DNA of 45,765 nucleotides, from positions 1 through 45,765 of the forward strand of contig CAIYBQ010000128.1 of NCBI GenBank assembly GCA_903924445.1, given 5' to 3'. The translations under genes were made by a program, and so were the position numbers. The notes under the pieces are model-generated. The model ran no database searches. It saw nothing but the letters and a program-made list of their open reading frames with translations, and had not been told where the DNA came from. The DNA is from an uncultured Armatimonadetes bacterium (GTDB lineage: Bacteria > Armatimonadota > Armatimonadia > Armatimonadales > Armatimonadaceae). Position 1 is the first letter of the stretch, and each line of letters begins with the position of its first letter. This document shows positions 26,501-37,500 of this stretch, piece by piece.

Positions 26501-28514
26501 AAGTGGTGTCCGCTTCTCGAGCACACAGTCATTTGTCGTCTCGTATGTTCCTGCTGGTACACAGAATCCAGTAACGGTTGTTCTAACTCCGCTACCAGGA
26601 AGCGCTGGTGCACCGGTTACGACAACAGACGACGAAGATGGCTCGTCCTTGCGATCTGTCGGGGGAGCATACTCACCTGTGCTCTGGTACTACATCCTGC
26701 CTGGAGCGCCGACGTCATCTCCTACAGTTAGTGGTAACCATGTGTACTTCGCTATCGGACAGAACATCGTAGCCCTCGATGTTAACCCTGCCGAAACGGA
26801 TCCTTCCGTCCGTGTTGGATTTGGTGAGCAGGTTATCAACGTTGCAAGTTCCATCGTAAATTCCGCAACATCCCAACCATTGACAGTCTCAACAAATCAC
26901 CTTCGCTGGGTCAGAAATGCGGGTGCGGTCATCGCATCCCCACCGGTTGTCGGCGGAAATGTTGTTGCAGTATCTACAGCTGCGGGGCCCGTTGTCTTCC
27001 AGGCAAGCACAACTCTGGTCACCGATGCAAAGCGTATTTTGGAAGTTGGTGCGGATGGTGCAGCGACGTGGGTGATGGACGGAACGGTCGACACCGATGT
27101 TGTAGGCGGCGAAGTTCCGGTATACGATCCTAGCCTCCCGGATGGCATTGCCAATCCACCAGCAAATGGCCGACGTGCAGTTCGCCGAAGTCAGTTGGCA
27201 CGGCCATCGGTTGCACGAAAGCTCTCTGGACAGGACTACCTCATCGCTGACACCGGTAACAATCGTGTGTTACGAGTTGATCGCGGTGGGCGAATCCGCT
27301 GGGAATTGACTACGGTACGTGACACGTTTAAGATTCTGTCTTCCTCTGACAGTACATTGTTGAACAACCCGACGGATGTTCATCTGTCGCTTATTCCAAC
27401 CGCAGACCCGACTGACCCAACAAAGGCTCCGATCGGATATGAGGTTCACTATCTCATCGCTGATGCTGGCAACTACCGTGCAATTGAAGTTGTCGATTAC
27501 CGCGACCTCAATGGAAACATTCGTACCATTGGTGGTGATCGTGGTGAAGGTGTTGTTGTCTGGGTTTCCCGCCTCAAGTCCCGTGAAGGTAGAAACCTAC
27601 GGATTCAAAAGCTGCAGAGGATACAGACCAGCGTCGGCGGCGTTACAGGCATTCCACAAATCGTGGCGGTCGTCGCGAATGCTCAGACGGCAGGTGTCGG
27701 TGGGTTAGATATCGATTCGTCTGGCGGTGCCGTCATTCGACTCGAATATCGACCATACAACACGTTTACGGTGCTTCGTAATGCAGCCGGCGGAGTCCTC
27801 CCGCCTGCTCCATGGCCAGCATCAGGGACTCCATCGGGTTCCGGCTATCCGTGGCCAGCTGCGGCTGCAGGAGCATCCGCACAGACGACTGAACCAGTTC
27901 TGAACGGAACTGTCACCGCAACGATACAAGAGGTCGTCCTGCCAAATGGCGAGACGTATAAGATAACTTCTCCGACCTACTTCGAGCAGGTGACTTTGCC
28001 GAATGGCGTGGGTGGAACCAAGCCGGTTTACATGATTGCTGATGCCAATGGTGTGTATCAGATTGAAGATGGACCGATGGGACGGCGTATCGTTACCTGG
28101 TACTTCAATCAAAGCCATTACAATACGATGAACCTGAATCCGGCATTTAGTGCGGATGGCATCAATCCAAGACTGCTCGTGGTTCCGGGATTGCCAGCAA
28201 ATGAACTTCCAAGGTTCCAGCCGACGGCGATGCGAAGATTGCTGAATGGACGCTACCTGATCACGAATAGTGCGGTTGGCCAATCCTCGGTCTTCCAAAG
28301 TGGACAGTTCTCAGGTGAAGTTCTTGAGGTGATTCCTCAGTTCAACCCAGATGGCACCCCAAATGGTGGGCGCTTCGGCGGATTCTCCGTTCCACAGGTA
28401 ATCAGTCGACCTAATGGACTCGGCGTTGGACGCAATACAAACGTTCAGTGGATGGGCACAACATCCAATAACACATCACTAATCGACCAACCTCTCTTCG
28501 GAGATCGTCTGTGA
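23550..28514 (+). CDS. Secreted giant protein (about 1654 aa): DUF4159-like (class I GATase-like fold) N-terminal region, then PQQ-like and NHL-like beta-propeller repeats
   Basis: Signal peptide MQWLDRKITQVKAGWIATCSKGLIALAALSCLGTASSA|D, with SD TAGGAA 8 nt before ATG 23550. ATG 23523, overlapping the upstream TGA, is the alternative start. FDLLFVTNHRTVFLTPEDREKLRKVVDAGAVLWMEDC resembles the DUF4159 core. Blade-like motifs: NRVYVVEPSGLVRCVDARTLTTLWW, GNHVYFAIGQNIVALD, YLIADTGNNRVLRVDRGGRIRWEL, HYLIADAGNYRAIEV. Confidence 0.6.
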   Translation: MQWLDRKITQVKAGWIATCSKGLIALAALSCLGTASSADITTYSTNKRVFKVGVLLVDSTGFNFATNPPAPLPGGPENPDPHVFYVADSRQDLKPANWELINPLAPKTVTSDIYARWSQPGTGRDQAHPYKVGQQVTKDMACYWEVKLSSASVADLAQFDLLFVTNHRTVFLTPEDREKLRKVVDAGAVLWMEDCSRMRLHPRAPFFLEDVQFTSGGGQGKPVVYMPGHPLLNQPYALSARDINRLGDANYGGGRAIASHRPGALLATDAPLLARPNPQVLHNVVGNSAVVSSTGEYLPYIAAGSYGSGGVLITAGDSGCDINDYVGGVNIGAGGNSGAYSGKNLWAAQSEDLRFVYNAIAWGSSSTSYRKNNRRVGASLEMVGAPLIDGFAVVPTSVDPAFSSVTSPLVTQGLTIASGVSGGVGFVRAYISQPSLAAGDRGLPDLIFGTAWDEVWRAPIGSAGVPSTPVSAQIYVGLPAPVEVVFVTLGDGTLARVPMQSKDDAGNLLALPVVETNAPVAIGSPSTYEKTAYNAAPAPVVFENRVYVVEPSGLVRCVDARTLTTLWWSHTEALNPSVTPKGTPTLGVSRQDVGQVGFGRRDASIASRSNGNTNDVMLYTPVVDADGNAHIYAYWLGTRHEVVRTDEGASGNYRTRVALDNSAPVNNRHYVALGRPEFITPRVRVYDSADAMNLGVLSTSYFGTFRADGSGFVEVRGTNGDVPVGPRPVISVDYDVMYVTEDATPPGLEEGIGARLGQPLVIPQLDVTPVSSGLDTVAMTNEDLLVFAVRQTNDRNGSGLTSIIGVNEQFSVGATKFRQNVAILEDVAPISAPVDRRVVTELPTLRNRLIFTGGISTSMGAILAPAWEGLTNVRIMGSPAVSADGISYVVAQATSVANNGTVSVMIALQMDKDVTLNLPEAYNPAYPVSVRQYNALTYPATGSDPVQTTTAILPANAVDNVVSSVQLTGDAKRGKITVTDMRHPSGVRFSSTQSFVVSYVPAGTQNPVTVVLTPLPGSAGAPVTTTDDEDGSSLRSVGGAYSPVLWYYILPGAPTSSPTVSGNHVYFAIGQNIVALDVNPAETDPSVRVGFGEQVINVASSIVNSATSQPLTVSTNHLRWVRNAGAVIASPPVVGGNVVAVSTAAGPVVFQASTTLVTDAKRILEVGADGAATWVMDGTVDTDVVGGEVPVYDPSLPDGIANPPANGRRAVRRSQLARPSVARKLSGQDYLIADTGNNRVLRVDRGGRIRWELTTVRDTFKILSSSDSTLLNNPTDVHLSLIPTADPTDPTKAPIGYEVHYLIADAGNYRAIEVVDYRDLNGNIRTIGGDRGEGVVVWVSRLKSREGRNLRIQKLQRIQTSVGGVTGIPQIVAVVANAQTAGVGGLDIDSSGGAVIRLEYRPYNTFTVLRNAAGGVLPPAPWPASGTPSGSGYPWPAAAAGASAQTTEPVLNGTVTATIQEVVLPNGETYKITSPTYFEQVTLPNGVGGTKPVYMIADANGVYQIEDGPMGRRIVTWYFNQSHYNTMNLNPAFSADGINPRLLVVPGLPANELPRFQPTAMRRLLNGRYLITNSAVGQSSVFQSGQFSGEVLEVIPQFNPDGTPNGGRFGGFSVPQVISRPNGLGVGRNTNVQWMGTTSNNTSLIDQPLFGDRL

Positions 28515-31500
28515 GCCGTACAAATCGTATGAAAATCGAAACCCTTAATGCCCTCGTACGCACAGGATTCGCTGTAACCCTTTTTGGGACAGTGATAATC
28601 CCGGGTATGGCCCAGGAATTTACCCGGCCAAAACCGACAGCTACGAATCGGCCATCGATGCAGAATCCTGGCGGTAAAGCCCATGGTGGTAACAACAACC
28701 GTGGACGCCTTACAGGAGATTATCTCTGGGGTGTAACCAATGGAAACCGCACCTTTGATAAGCCTGTCTACAGTAGGGTTCCGCAGGAAACGATTGATTC
28801 TCCATTGTTTCTGGATGGCTGGACGTATCCGATAGCCCGTGCAGCTACCGGTGCCCGTGTTGGTCAAAACGCAACGGGCAGTATTCGTGACTTGTTGTTT
28901 CCGAGCGTCTTACTCGATAACGAAGCAACGGTCGGTATCGCGCCGATTAATGGCGCTACGGTTATCGCTCCGACCGGCAGAGTCGTCATTGGAGCCTCAT
29001 GGCTGACACCTGTTTCCGGTCCATCGACCCTGTTCACCGGGACGGTGTACCATCGCAAACAGGCAATCCAAAGGGCAAATGGTAACCCTGGAAATAACCC
29101 CACGGATGCCGGTAAGTTCAGCTGGTATCCATCGGTTGCGGGTGCTGCAGGATCGGTATCGCGGTATGCCATTCGGATCAAGATCCCACAATCTGCAAGT
29201 GACACCAGTGTTGAAGCCCGTGTCGCGGATGCCCGTTACGTTGTTTACTACCAAGTTCCAAACGGCAGCGGTGGCTTTACGCGTGCATCCAAGGTCTGTT
29301 ACGTCAGTCAACGAACGGCAGGCAGTTTTTATCTGAGTGGAACAGATGGCCAACCAGCCTACTTCCCGATGTTCTCTGATGCGACATACGGAGCTGGCGG
29401 AACCTATGCAAATGGGGGAGCGTTCGCGGATGGAACATTCCGTGCACGTGTTGAGCTCGATGCGACCACCGAATCACCGGCCGCTAATACATTCGTAATC
29501 GCCGATCAGGTCGAGTTTGTACAACGCCCACAAGCTGTCAAGGCAACTCCTACATTGGTTCCACCGCATGGTGGACGTAAGGTTGATACCGAACAGACTG
29601 GGTTTACGCCGAATAACTATTTTCAGCCGTTGGCATCAGCAACCTATACGATCGCAGACTTTATCAACAACCCGCTTGATCCCAGTTTTACAACGGGTAC
29701 GGCTACGATTGACGCAACAAACATCTCGACCATATTCTGGGGACCAGAATCAACAGTTCAACCTCTGAATGGGACGTCTGCGGTTGCTCCTGTAGATGCA
29801 ATCAATCACCGGGCATACCAGGATGGTTCTGGTAACCTGCTTCCATTCTTCTCGCACATGCAGGTCTTGGTTCCACGGACAGACTACATCGTTGATCCGG
29901 AAACAGGGGTTCCTACGGCGAGCAGCGATGGTACAAAGTCCATCGAACTTGGATCTATTCACTCCGTTGACTGGCTTACGGGGACACCAATCTGGCGATT
30001 TCCAGACCGCTCCTACATGCCTGGCGGTTTTCGAAACCCACAGGTTGGTACCGATATCGCGAACAAACCTGTCTATCAGATTCCAGGGATTGTCTCCTAC
30101 GATGTCAACAACGATGGAACCATCGTGGATGAGGAAGTCTTTATCGGCTCCCACGGTGACAACAACAATGGTGGCATCGCTGCGAGTGTGACGATCGTTC
30201 CGGGTATCGCAGTGCGAGGTCAGGTTCAGGTCCCGGTTCGAAATGCAAGTGGCGTAATCACTGGAACAACGGCAGCTCCACGCGGGCGCTACTTTGTTGA
30301 GCAAACGGTTCCAACACCGGGCTTTGCACCAGTTCTCAATACGGTTGCTTTTGTTACGGCCAACAATGGTGTGGTCTATGCGATTGACCCGTATGGCAAC
30401 AACGACTCCCGTTATCTTCCAAATGCGGACACAGCCATTCTTGGTACGTATCGCTACGGCTCCACAAACGTTCTCTGGACATTCTCACCTGAGAGTGCAG
30501 ACAGAGGAACAACGGGAACGCGTGCAGAGACATTAGAGCTTTACAACCGTCGCCTAAAGACGGAAGTTCCTGTCCCTGGGCCGTTTGGTAGTGCTGCACC
30601 TGTTGTCGCTTGGGCAAAGGCTGATACTGACCCGACATTGAACCTTCTTACAGACGAACCGCGTTTGTTTGTAGGAAACCAAAATGGAAATGTCTATGCA
30701 TTGGATGCCCGTGCTGATGCAGGCGTCAATGCTGTTTCGAATACGCTGAATGCGTTGCCATACCGCAAGGGACAACAAACCTACAATCCGAAACATCTCG
30801 CGAATAGCTTGGTCGTGCAGACTGATCCGCACCGCGCTGAACTCAAGTGGTGGTTTGAAACACTCGGTGCCATCAATGCATCTGTTGCAGTTTCCGAAGT
30901 ACCTGCGGCGAGAACGGCTCCAGCAACGGTTACTGCATCGAAGGGTGTTTATGTAACGACTGGAGAAGGTCGCGTTTACGCATTGGACTTTGATGGTCCT
31001 GTGACCAAGGCCGATCATGATGCAAACATGGTTTGGGATGGAACTGCTGGTGACTCACTGACAGCGGGAACTGCGCCGTCATTACCACCTACTGCAGGAT
31101 CCGCTGCCGCACTTAATGACAACATCAGGTTTAGGAATGCTGTGGCCGCACTTTCCGGTGCACGTCCAGACTTTACCGAGGGAACGATTCGACCGCGCTG
31201 GACATATCCAAACCGTTACCGTGATATCTCCGGCACCGACAACAAACTGACGGATCCGATTGATGCATCGACGGTTTACCCTGGAGCGAAGCTTGCTGAG
31301 CCAAGTACGGTTGCCGGACCTATCTACTCGGCACCAGTCCTCCTTGACTTCCCGTTCCTGGATCCAGACACGGCGACACTTTCCGGGGTACGACGTTACG
31401 TTGTTGTTTCGACAAACGACTTGAATGCCGACTCTCCTGATAGCCCACGTCAAGGTCGGTTGCTGTTGCTTGATCAGGAAGGTGACCGCAAGGATTTCCT

Positions 31501-34500
31501 TACTAACCCGATGCCTACCAAGGCATCAGCGGCAGTCGTTCCGCCCGCGAAGCCCGTGGCTGCAGCTGGTGCAACGATTTATTCTCAGCCCATCGATCAA
31601 TACGTCTCAAAGTTAGGTGCTTTTGGTCGGGCGACACCTGCCTGGACCTATCGGCATCAGTTTGACACTTACACGGCAGGTGTCCCGAGTATTGCAAAGC
31701 GGAATGCTCCTGTAGCCACCGGAGTTACGGGTAGCCCTGCTTATCGAACATTACCGACGATCTTTGTTGGTGGCATCGGGCGTGTCTATGCAATCGATCT
31801 CGATCCAGCGACTGGTCTTTTCCTACGCTGGCGTGGAACAGCTGCTGATCAGCTGACAACATTGCCTACCGGCGCAGTGATTCCATCGGAAGAGGGTGCA
31901 ACGGATCGTCTAAACCCCAATGATCCACTCAACCCGTCAAACCCATTGTTTAACGTTGGTGATCGCCTGACGAAGCGGCTCGGATTCAAACGTATCCTTG
32001 CAAGGACGGTTCCTCTCCTTGGGGATCGATCGGCCATCGATGGTGACTTGGTTGTTACGGGTGGACCACTAATCAATCGCAGCAATGCGGAAGCACGTAC
32101 TGCGGCTGCGACATTGACTGGACGCGGAGCTGGAACGACAACCCCTGTGGATGTCTCCCTCACAACATCACCTCTACGCCCAAGCGTTCCATTGATTCCA
32201 ACGGATGATGCGCCATCGAGTGTTTACGTGATGCGTTCGACTGCGACTGGTGCATACGCACCATTCGGTTACGACATTACATCGGTGTTGTTTGCAGACA
32301 GTGTGTTCCCGGTCTTTGACTTCACTGGAATGTATGCCAATCAGGATGTCGATGATCCGCTGAGCACAACACGCGGAACGTTGCCATCGACGACGGCGGC
32401 TCCAGCGCTGGCATCGGGTACTCCGGAGAACACTGCCTATCAGTATCCAAGTTTGTTTGTAACCAGTCGTGATGGCTACCTCCACGAGCTGAGCACAAAC
32501 CTTGAAGGCGAAGATCTATCGCTGCCATCGGTTGTAACCAATCCTGGTGAAACAACAGCGGCACTGGGATGGGCGACGACGGAAGACCCGGAACGCTTCA
32601 ATGATCTCCATGTCTACCTTGTAACTAGGATGGGGCCGGGCGGTCAGGGTTCCGGCATAACAGCCGTTACGAATGCGTATTTCCCTGGTCGAGATTCGGA
32701 CTATGCGAAGTCCCGTGGTATTCAGCAAAAGCTGCGTACGGACGGAACAGCCTACTTCCGTTTTTATCCGCCACAGGAACCAGTTGTGGTTGGGCAAACG
32801 CCAGACTACGGAGATAATGCACGACCAAACCTCAAGCCACGCGGTCTCTATCGCCAGCTGGTTTCGGCGGTGTTTTTCCCGAAGGATACCAATACGGGAG
32901 CCACCGGCTTCCCATTGGATCAACGTGGACTCTTCTACGACAAGCGTTTCCGGACAGCGGCTGGAACGAATGCGAATGAAGGTGGATTGGTAAAGCTTCC
33001 CGGCTACTCGGCCATGGGTGAAGTCACGGGCGCAACCGCCTTCAATCCGCAAGGACCAGAATCCGATAGTGAGCGCGCGGCTGCAAACACATCGCTTGCT
33101 CCGGGAATCCTTGCAGCGCCAAGTGCAAATGTAAACCCAAGTGGTCAAAACGCAACGTGGGTCTATGTTGCTGGTGATGACGGTCTGCTGTACGCATATA
33201 CCCCTGTGTATGCGAAGCGCCTCGGTGGTATTGCATCCGGGTTTGTCGGCGGGACAATTGTTCGTCGCGTCGATCCTGGTGAAGGTCAAGTTAAGGTCGA
33301 CATCTTCGATGCCGCTGACTTCCAGACCTTGTTTGCCGCGGCCCAAAGCGGGTCGCCACTACGTCCACGCCGTGACGGTGAAGCAGCGACTGCGCCAAGT
33401 ACGAGCAATATTGTGTCCCGTACAGCAAAGGGTAAGCGGCCATTCTTTGAGTGGGGTGAGTCTATTCCGATTGTTATCTGGGATGTAACGGTACGTAAGT
33501 CGTTTGACTCATCGACACCAGCACCCTCGATTCCAAACATTCCAGCAAGCTTCCAGGTCACTGTGCGGTTGACGCCACGCGGTGGAAATTCGATTACGCG
33601 AACGCTGAATCTCGCGATGTCAGGACCTACCGTCTCGGTTTATCCTTACGATCGTGAGTACACGGTTCCTCCGATTGACACACCTGCTGGGCATGTGCCA
33701 GCGGCACTTGGGATAGCGTTTGCTGACTTCCGAATCGATGGAACAAGCGGACTTCCTATCGGACCAGGAACACCTATCGATGTCCAAGTAACGGTTGGTC
33801 CTCCACTGACCGTTCCAGGTTCAGATCCTCGTACTGGTCCTCAAGTTATTGTTCAGGTTGTGGGTGGAGCGTTTGAGGCACAGATTCTCAATCGCACCAA
33901 TCCACTTTTCTGGGCGGCTAACCCTCTCGGTGTACAGGGCTTCCTGATGGACACCGTGAGCACCGCGAATGGAGTTGCTCCAGTCTTGGTAGGTAAGCCA
34001 TCAGGTGATCCTCTCGCTGGTGGTATCGGACCATTCCGTACGGGTGACAACGCCAAGGCCTTGTATCCATCCGCTGGCGCGACACTGGTCGACCCGGATA
34101 GAGCTGGTTCCGAATATAGCCAAGCACTTGGAAATGGAAATGTGATTGAGCGTATCGATGCCGATCAGTTCCTCTCCGATGGTGTTGGTGGGCGACGACG
34201 TAACACTCGGTTTGGTTTACGCTTGCGGGATGCAGCCGGGGCAGATGACCTTTCCTACTACGTGCCGGTCGCAGCGAGCGCAGGCTACATCAACCATGGC
34301 CGTACAGGCTCATCGGATGTGTCTGCAAATCAACGTAACCTTCGCATCGTCAACCGTTCACTAATGGGCTCCCTGAGCAATGTTCGTGCAGAAGTTCTCG
34401 ATGACCTTATCTGGCGATGGTGGCCGGCAAACTTGCCGAATGCTGATTCTGGAACGGACAATGTCCGCCGGACGCCAATCGGAATGGGCGTGGATGGACG

Positions 34501-37500
34501 TATCAATCCATTGCCTTGGGAAACAGTCGTGACTGAGGCCCAGCCATGGAAGCGCAAGGCGCTGACTGCGGCAACGGGTTCCATCATGGCACTCGGAAAC
34601 CTTAGCCCTGACTACACAGACATCAGTGCAGCATCCGCATCGAATCAAGGCCGACAGGCTGTGTCGATTGTTATCAACGGTACCGATGCGGTCACCGGTG
34701 GAGCATCCGTGTTTGCTGGTGGTCAAGACCTTCAGACAAACACAAATCCTGGCTACGTGACAAACCCATTGGGAGCTGCTGCTAGTGCATCGGCTGCTAT
34801 CAATGTCAAGGTGCCGCGGTACCAGCCAGCCAACTTGGTCGCGATGCATTCGTTGACATCCACGTATGAGTTGCCAAGTAGCATTGACGGAGCAACGATT
34901 ACGACGGCAGATGGTCGTGTCCAGCTTCCACGTGGACTTGCCAACCGTGAACTACGTAAGTGGACCGGTGGTAGCTTCAATGGTGAGAAGGCAATCACGC
35001 CGTTCGGTTACACAAGTCGTGTCCGAATGTATGTGGATGCGAACGGTAATGGAATCTGGGATGCTCAGAGTGGCGAAGAGCCATACCGCATCGTCGAAGT
35101 CTGGATGGGCGTTCCTGTCGACATGGGGCTGCGTGCAGCTGAAACACCTGTTGATCTTGGTGGGCTGCCTGGCGGCTTCGGTATCCAAAATGGTGTTCTT
35201 GGCTACGGTGGAACGATTCTAAGCGGTGAGCAAGCAGGCTTTGCGCCTCCGCCACTTCGTGCACCATATGCACCATTCTTCCGTCCGGTAACGATTCAGA
35301 ACACGGGAAATGTCAACCTTTGGAACCTCCGCGCATCACAGCGCATCGAGACACCAGGGTCGGCGACGGCAGGTGCGGGTACAAACTACTATCTCTTCGG
35401 AATGCGAAGCGAGCTCGTTGACCCACGCTTTGGTATTCTCGCCTTCGGTGCGGATCCTAATGGGAACTTGCCACTGGCTAACTTGATGCCGCAGGTGGTG
35501 ACATCGCTGGATAAGACATTCGACAACGCATGGCTTCAGTGGATGCAAACCAATCCTGATCCGGTCTTCCGTGCAACGATGGACTACGACCTCGGTGGCC
35601 AAACCGTCTTCCAACGGTATTACCAACCGCTTGCGGGACGTCATACGCTCCACAAGGCTCAGCCGAACGCAGCGAACCCATCGGTGCTTGGTATTCCTGA
35701 CCTTCCTGGTGCACAAAACCTGTTGCCATATGGTTACGTTGCTCCTGAAGCAGCAAAGCCGATGGTCGGAATCGCAGTTCCACACGGTACGCCGACCGGG
35801 GTTTACTCAAGCCGGTACGCAAACCGTAATGGTGCACCACCTCAGCTAGGCGTCTTCGAGGACCATGACACTGATCCGACGAGAAACTATGCAGCGGTTC
35901 CTGTTCTGCAACCAGATGGCACCATCTCGATTGCTGGACCGACATACCGTGGCATCAATGGCGTCGACAGTAACCTCAACTTCGTCTACCCAGGCGCTCA
36001 GCCTATCTTCCCGGTAGCTGGCGAAACCGTCCTTCGCGGACGGACTGGCATCACGAATGCAGCAGGTGCTGTTGTCGGTGTTGAATATCAGCCACACACT
36101 AACCCGTCGATGGAGTTGAAGGTAACCGTTTCAGAGAGCTCGATCACTGGTCAGGTTCCTGACTTTGATCTCAGCGCTCAGGTTGCGAACGGCCAGCTGC
36201 CCGGTATTGATGTGTTCCCGATTCTGGATGCCGCCCGGCGACCAGCATCGGCCATCAGCCCTGCGACGTACCGCTCGGCCAATGGACGGATTAACGTCTA
36301 CTTCTCGCGCAATGCAGATGCAAACGGAGTTGCTTTGACCGGTGTCGGTGACCCAGTAAAGCTGTTCCATTCGCATATGAACTGGAATCCAACACTGGGA
36401 ACGTTCGTGGCTGCCGACTTTGGAACGCCTGTTGCTGATCCATCGCTGAACACGGGACGCTGGTTTACAGCACCTACGATTATCAATGGAACTGCTGACT
36501 TGCGGGAAAGCAATACGGCTCCGTATGTGCTCCAAACGTCACCAACGCAGACCAATGCGCTCCTCGTCTGGGCGAACAGCCGTCAAGCGTCCGGAGGGGA
36601 CATCCTCGACACGATCATGTATTCTCGCCTCGATGCCAATGGCGTTCCGTCATCGGTGAACCCATGGTTTGTCAATGGTGATCCTGAAGTACGTCGGTTT
36701 AGTCCAAAGGTCGCCTTTGATTCTGGTACGAATACATCGATGCTTGTCTTCCACGGAGGAGTTCCTGGGAAGTGGCGGTTAATGTACTCTGGCCGGGGAT
36801 CCGATGGCGCTGGTGTTCCAACAGATACCGCTCCGGATGGCGCTGGTCGTCAGCTTGGTGAACAGGTTCTGTCGCTTCCAGATTCGATCGTGAGCGCTAG
36901 CGAGCCGTTTGCTACATTCCGCCGGATGGTTCGCCATAACAATGGTGCATCACCGGTCTTGGATGTTGTCTTTACAGGAACTGTCCGTACGGATGCAAAC
37001 CCTGATCTCTACATGGCCCGCTACCTAATGCTGGGTAATGGTCGACGGTCGCGACTTGCGCCGGCTGACCTTCCACAGATTACAAATGAGCTTCTTGTTC
37101 AGGAAGGTCGTGAGCTTCTCTGGAAGGCACGTCACATTGCATGGACGAGCAACCTGGACGATCAAGCATCCCTTCCTGTGGTGCGTTTGGCTAAGTCCGA
37201 TGGAACATCCATCACGACAAACGCCACACGGTGGCAATACGATGCAGCAACCAAGGTTCTGTATCAGGCCATCGCGCAGCCAACCGGTGTGATGTACATC
37301 TATGCGGATGCAACCGCTGGTGTGATTCGCTTCCGCGGCGTGGGGACACCAACAAGTCGTGATCAGGTGTTTGCATCCTATCAACCGAGGCTCTATCGCC
37401 TCACGGCAGATGATGCAGCAGACACAGGCGTAACGGTCGTCAACGACAACCGGACGCTGGCTGCAGGAACTGGTTCCTACAGTGGCATCGTTCGTCGGCC

